NCBI GenBank assembly: GCA_031274035.1 | Contig: JAISQR010000388.1 | Location: 1-54,349 of the forward strand | DNA from: Treponema sp. | Lineage (GTDB): Bacteria > Spirochaetota > Spirochaetia > Treponematales > Breznakiellaceae | Length of the DNA stretch: 54,349 bases | Direction of reading: 5' to 3' | Shown: piece after piece, positions 52,986-54,349 of the stretch | How the letters are laid out: each line of letters begins with the position of its first letter | Numbering within the stretch: the first letter of the stretch is position 1 | Program-made: the position numbers and the translations under genes | Notes under the pieces: generated by a model | Told to the model about the DNA's origin: nothing | The model's input: only the letters and a program-made list of their open reading frames with translations | The model's database searches: none

Positions 52986-54155
52986 TTAAAACTGCCGCAC
53001 AGCGCGAACCGAATGCGATTGATTCTTGTTGAAGCTGCCTAAGAAATCGTATTCTTGTTGGCCGTTATAGTCAAACATCTGAAGCCATGCACAACGTTCA
53101 TTGACCTCGGAGGAGGACCAGTATCTACTGTCAGCAAAGCCGCCAATTCTTTTCACCTTTAGATTTTTATATATCAAATCCAATTCGTCCTTACTAGGCA
53201 GAAACCAGCCGTCAAATCCTCCGATAAAAAGATCGCTGCAAACCTGCGCCAGCCCGCCGATCTCCCCTTTCTCGTTGAGATACTTCAGCAACATCTCCGT
53301 GTTCCGTTTGCCCGCTCCTATGCCGGTGCTTGTCCCGCCTACCGTTTCTCCTCTCGTACCCCACGCCGCGGTAAATTCGGTTTCGCTTGGCGCGGCTTCC
53401 AGATACCGCCAGCCGTTGGTTGCCCTGCCCTTGTCGTAGAATATCCAGCCGCCGGCGGGGCCTTTGCCGCCGACTTTGTATTCAACATCATAGACCGGTT
53501 CGGGCACTGCCGGAGTTGCCGGTGCTGCCGGTGCCTGCGCTGTTGTCCCACTGCTCCGGTTTCCTGCTTGCACCGGTTGCGCTGTTGCGGTTCTACCGCT
53601 TCCCGCGCCGCCGCCTGACGCAAGTAATGTTTCAATTCGTGTGGTTTTTGCCAAATCCGCCAGATACGAGACCACTACCATGGCGGTTTCTATATTGATG
53701 GCTTTAAGTGTCAGGCTGTAAACGTCGCCTAAATCCGTCAAAGAACCGGTAACAATCGCTCCGGCGCCTAAAAGTTTGCCTATAGCCTTTGCGGAATCGT
53801 CATCTACCTCGCCGGAAAGTTGAAAACCCTGTTCCGATCGAATTTTATCAAGATTAGCCCGATCTACCACACCCAGTTTCCTGTTGCCCACAATAGCCGA
53901 TTCCAGCCGGGTAATAACCTGTTCGGAAAACGCCGCCGAAGGCGATGCCACGCTGACCAGGGCCAGCGTTGTTCTCGCGGGTAGTCTCGCTTCCATTTGT
54001 CCAACGGCTTCCCGAATAACCGCGTCCAAATCCATTCCCGCAGACCCGGAAGATACCTGGTTTGCGGTTTGCGCAGGAGCGCTACTGCCACAACCAGACA
54101 TGATAAACACCGTTAATAAAACAAGTATTTTTCCAAAATAAATACCCAATTTCAT
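52986..54155 (-). CDS. Lipoprotein with an LpoB/FlgO-like N-terminal domain and a DUF1566-like C-terminal domain
   Basis: Lipobox IMSGCGS; N-terminal part ..LALVSV..VDRANLDKIRSEQGFQLSGEVDDDSAKAIGKLLGAGAIVTGSL; C-terminal part GWFLPSKDELDLIY..YWSSSE..VRAVRQF. RBS AAGGAGG. Confidence 0.65.
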   Translation of the reverse strand: MKLGIYFGKILVLLTVFIMSGCGSSAPAQTANQVSSGSAGMDLDAVIREAVGQMEARLPARTTLALVSVASPSAAFSEQVITRLESAIVGNRKLGVVDRANLDKIRSEQGFQLSGEVDDDSAKAIGKLLGAGAIVTGSLTDLGDVYSLTLKAINIETAMVVVSYLADLAKTTRIETLLASGGGAGSGRTATAQPVQAGNRSSGTTAQAPAAPATPAVPEPVYDVEYKVGGKGPAGGWIFYDKGRATNGWRYLEAAPSETEFTAAWGTRGETVGGTSTGIGAGKRNTEMLLKYLNEKGEIGGLAQVCSDLFIGGFDGWFLPSKDELDLIYKNLKVKRIGGFADSRYWSSSEVNERCAWLQMFDYNGQQEYDFLGSFNKNQSHSVRAVRQF

Positions 54156-54208
54156 TTTTACCCTCCTTGATGGTAAAGAATTTAAAATATATTAGACGAA
54201 ATTGATTC

Positions 54209-54237
54209 GTACCGAAGGGGTATTAAACCCCTAGTAC
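54209..54237. repeat. GTAC-bounded hairpin sharing the family-A terminal 8-mer
   Basis: GTACCGAAGGGGTATTAAACCCCTAGTAC. CCTAGTAC equals the outer 8 nt of the A3 right TIR. Confidence 0.55.
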
Positions 54238-54247
54238 CTTGATTAGG

Positions 54248-54349
54248 TCAAACAACTGGATATAAACCATGAAGTTTTATCCGTGCGTCTTGGGTGGTAA
54301 ACTGCCATTTCACTGTTTTTTCAGCCGTATTACGGTCAAGCTGCCATGC
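54248..54349 (-). CDS. C-terminal 33 codons of an ORF running off the right window edge (possibly a transposase; unverified)
   Basis: Own translation: AWQLDRNTAEKTVKWQFTTQDARIKLHGLYPVV*. The W-x-F-T-T-x-D-A-R-I-K-L..LYP ending reminds me of transposase C-termini, but I cannot name the family. Confidence 0.35.
   Translation of the reverse strand, partial: AWQLDRNTAEKTVKWQFTTQDARIKLHGLYPVV

Overview
54.3-kb chromosomal window with about 41 protein-coding genes on both strands. I see no rRNA, tRNA or CRISPR array. Housekeeping genes: parA-parB, a PcrA/UvrD helicase, SMC, an EndoQ-like nuclease fused to a second UvrD-type helicase, a TlpA/CcdA pair, EttA and Dus. Transport and envelope genes: two family-5 (Opp/Dpp-type) ABC importers, a MacAB-like exporter, several lipoproteins (TPR, HExxH peptidase-like, DUF1566-like) and a four-gene FecR-containing envelope cluster. 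Signalling and redox genes: an orphan STAS protein, a CheY-like receiver, a flavodiiron protein and a PilZ protein. Both window edges cut minus-strand ORFs: an IS1634-like transposase on the left and an unidentified C-terminal fragment on the right. The gene repertoire suggests a spirochaete (Treponema-like) genome, but this is inference only. What the gene calls do not explain is the non-coding DNA. Nearly every spacer over 100 nt is assembled from a small vocabulary of structured interspersed repeats, called families A-E here. One is a 225-nt TIR-bounded element with an intact 9-bp target-site duplication, nested at the end of another repeat. Other points worth a second look: a G15 tract inside a binding-protein gene; an SMC with a 3 x 57-aa acidic tandem tail; the EndoQ-helicase fusion; a low-GC AAA+ gene next to the IS; a truncated HemL-like protein coupled to pcrA; a fused permease-ATPase with a 35-codon basic mini-ORF in front; twin perfect 14-bp palindromes in a divergent promoter region; and a PD-(D/E)xK-like gene with 33-nt in-frame repeats. 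All family assignments come from motif recognition by eye, with no database search run.
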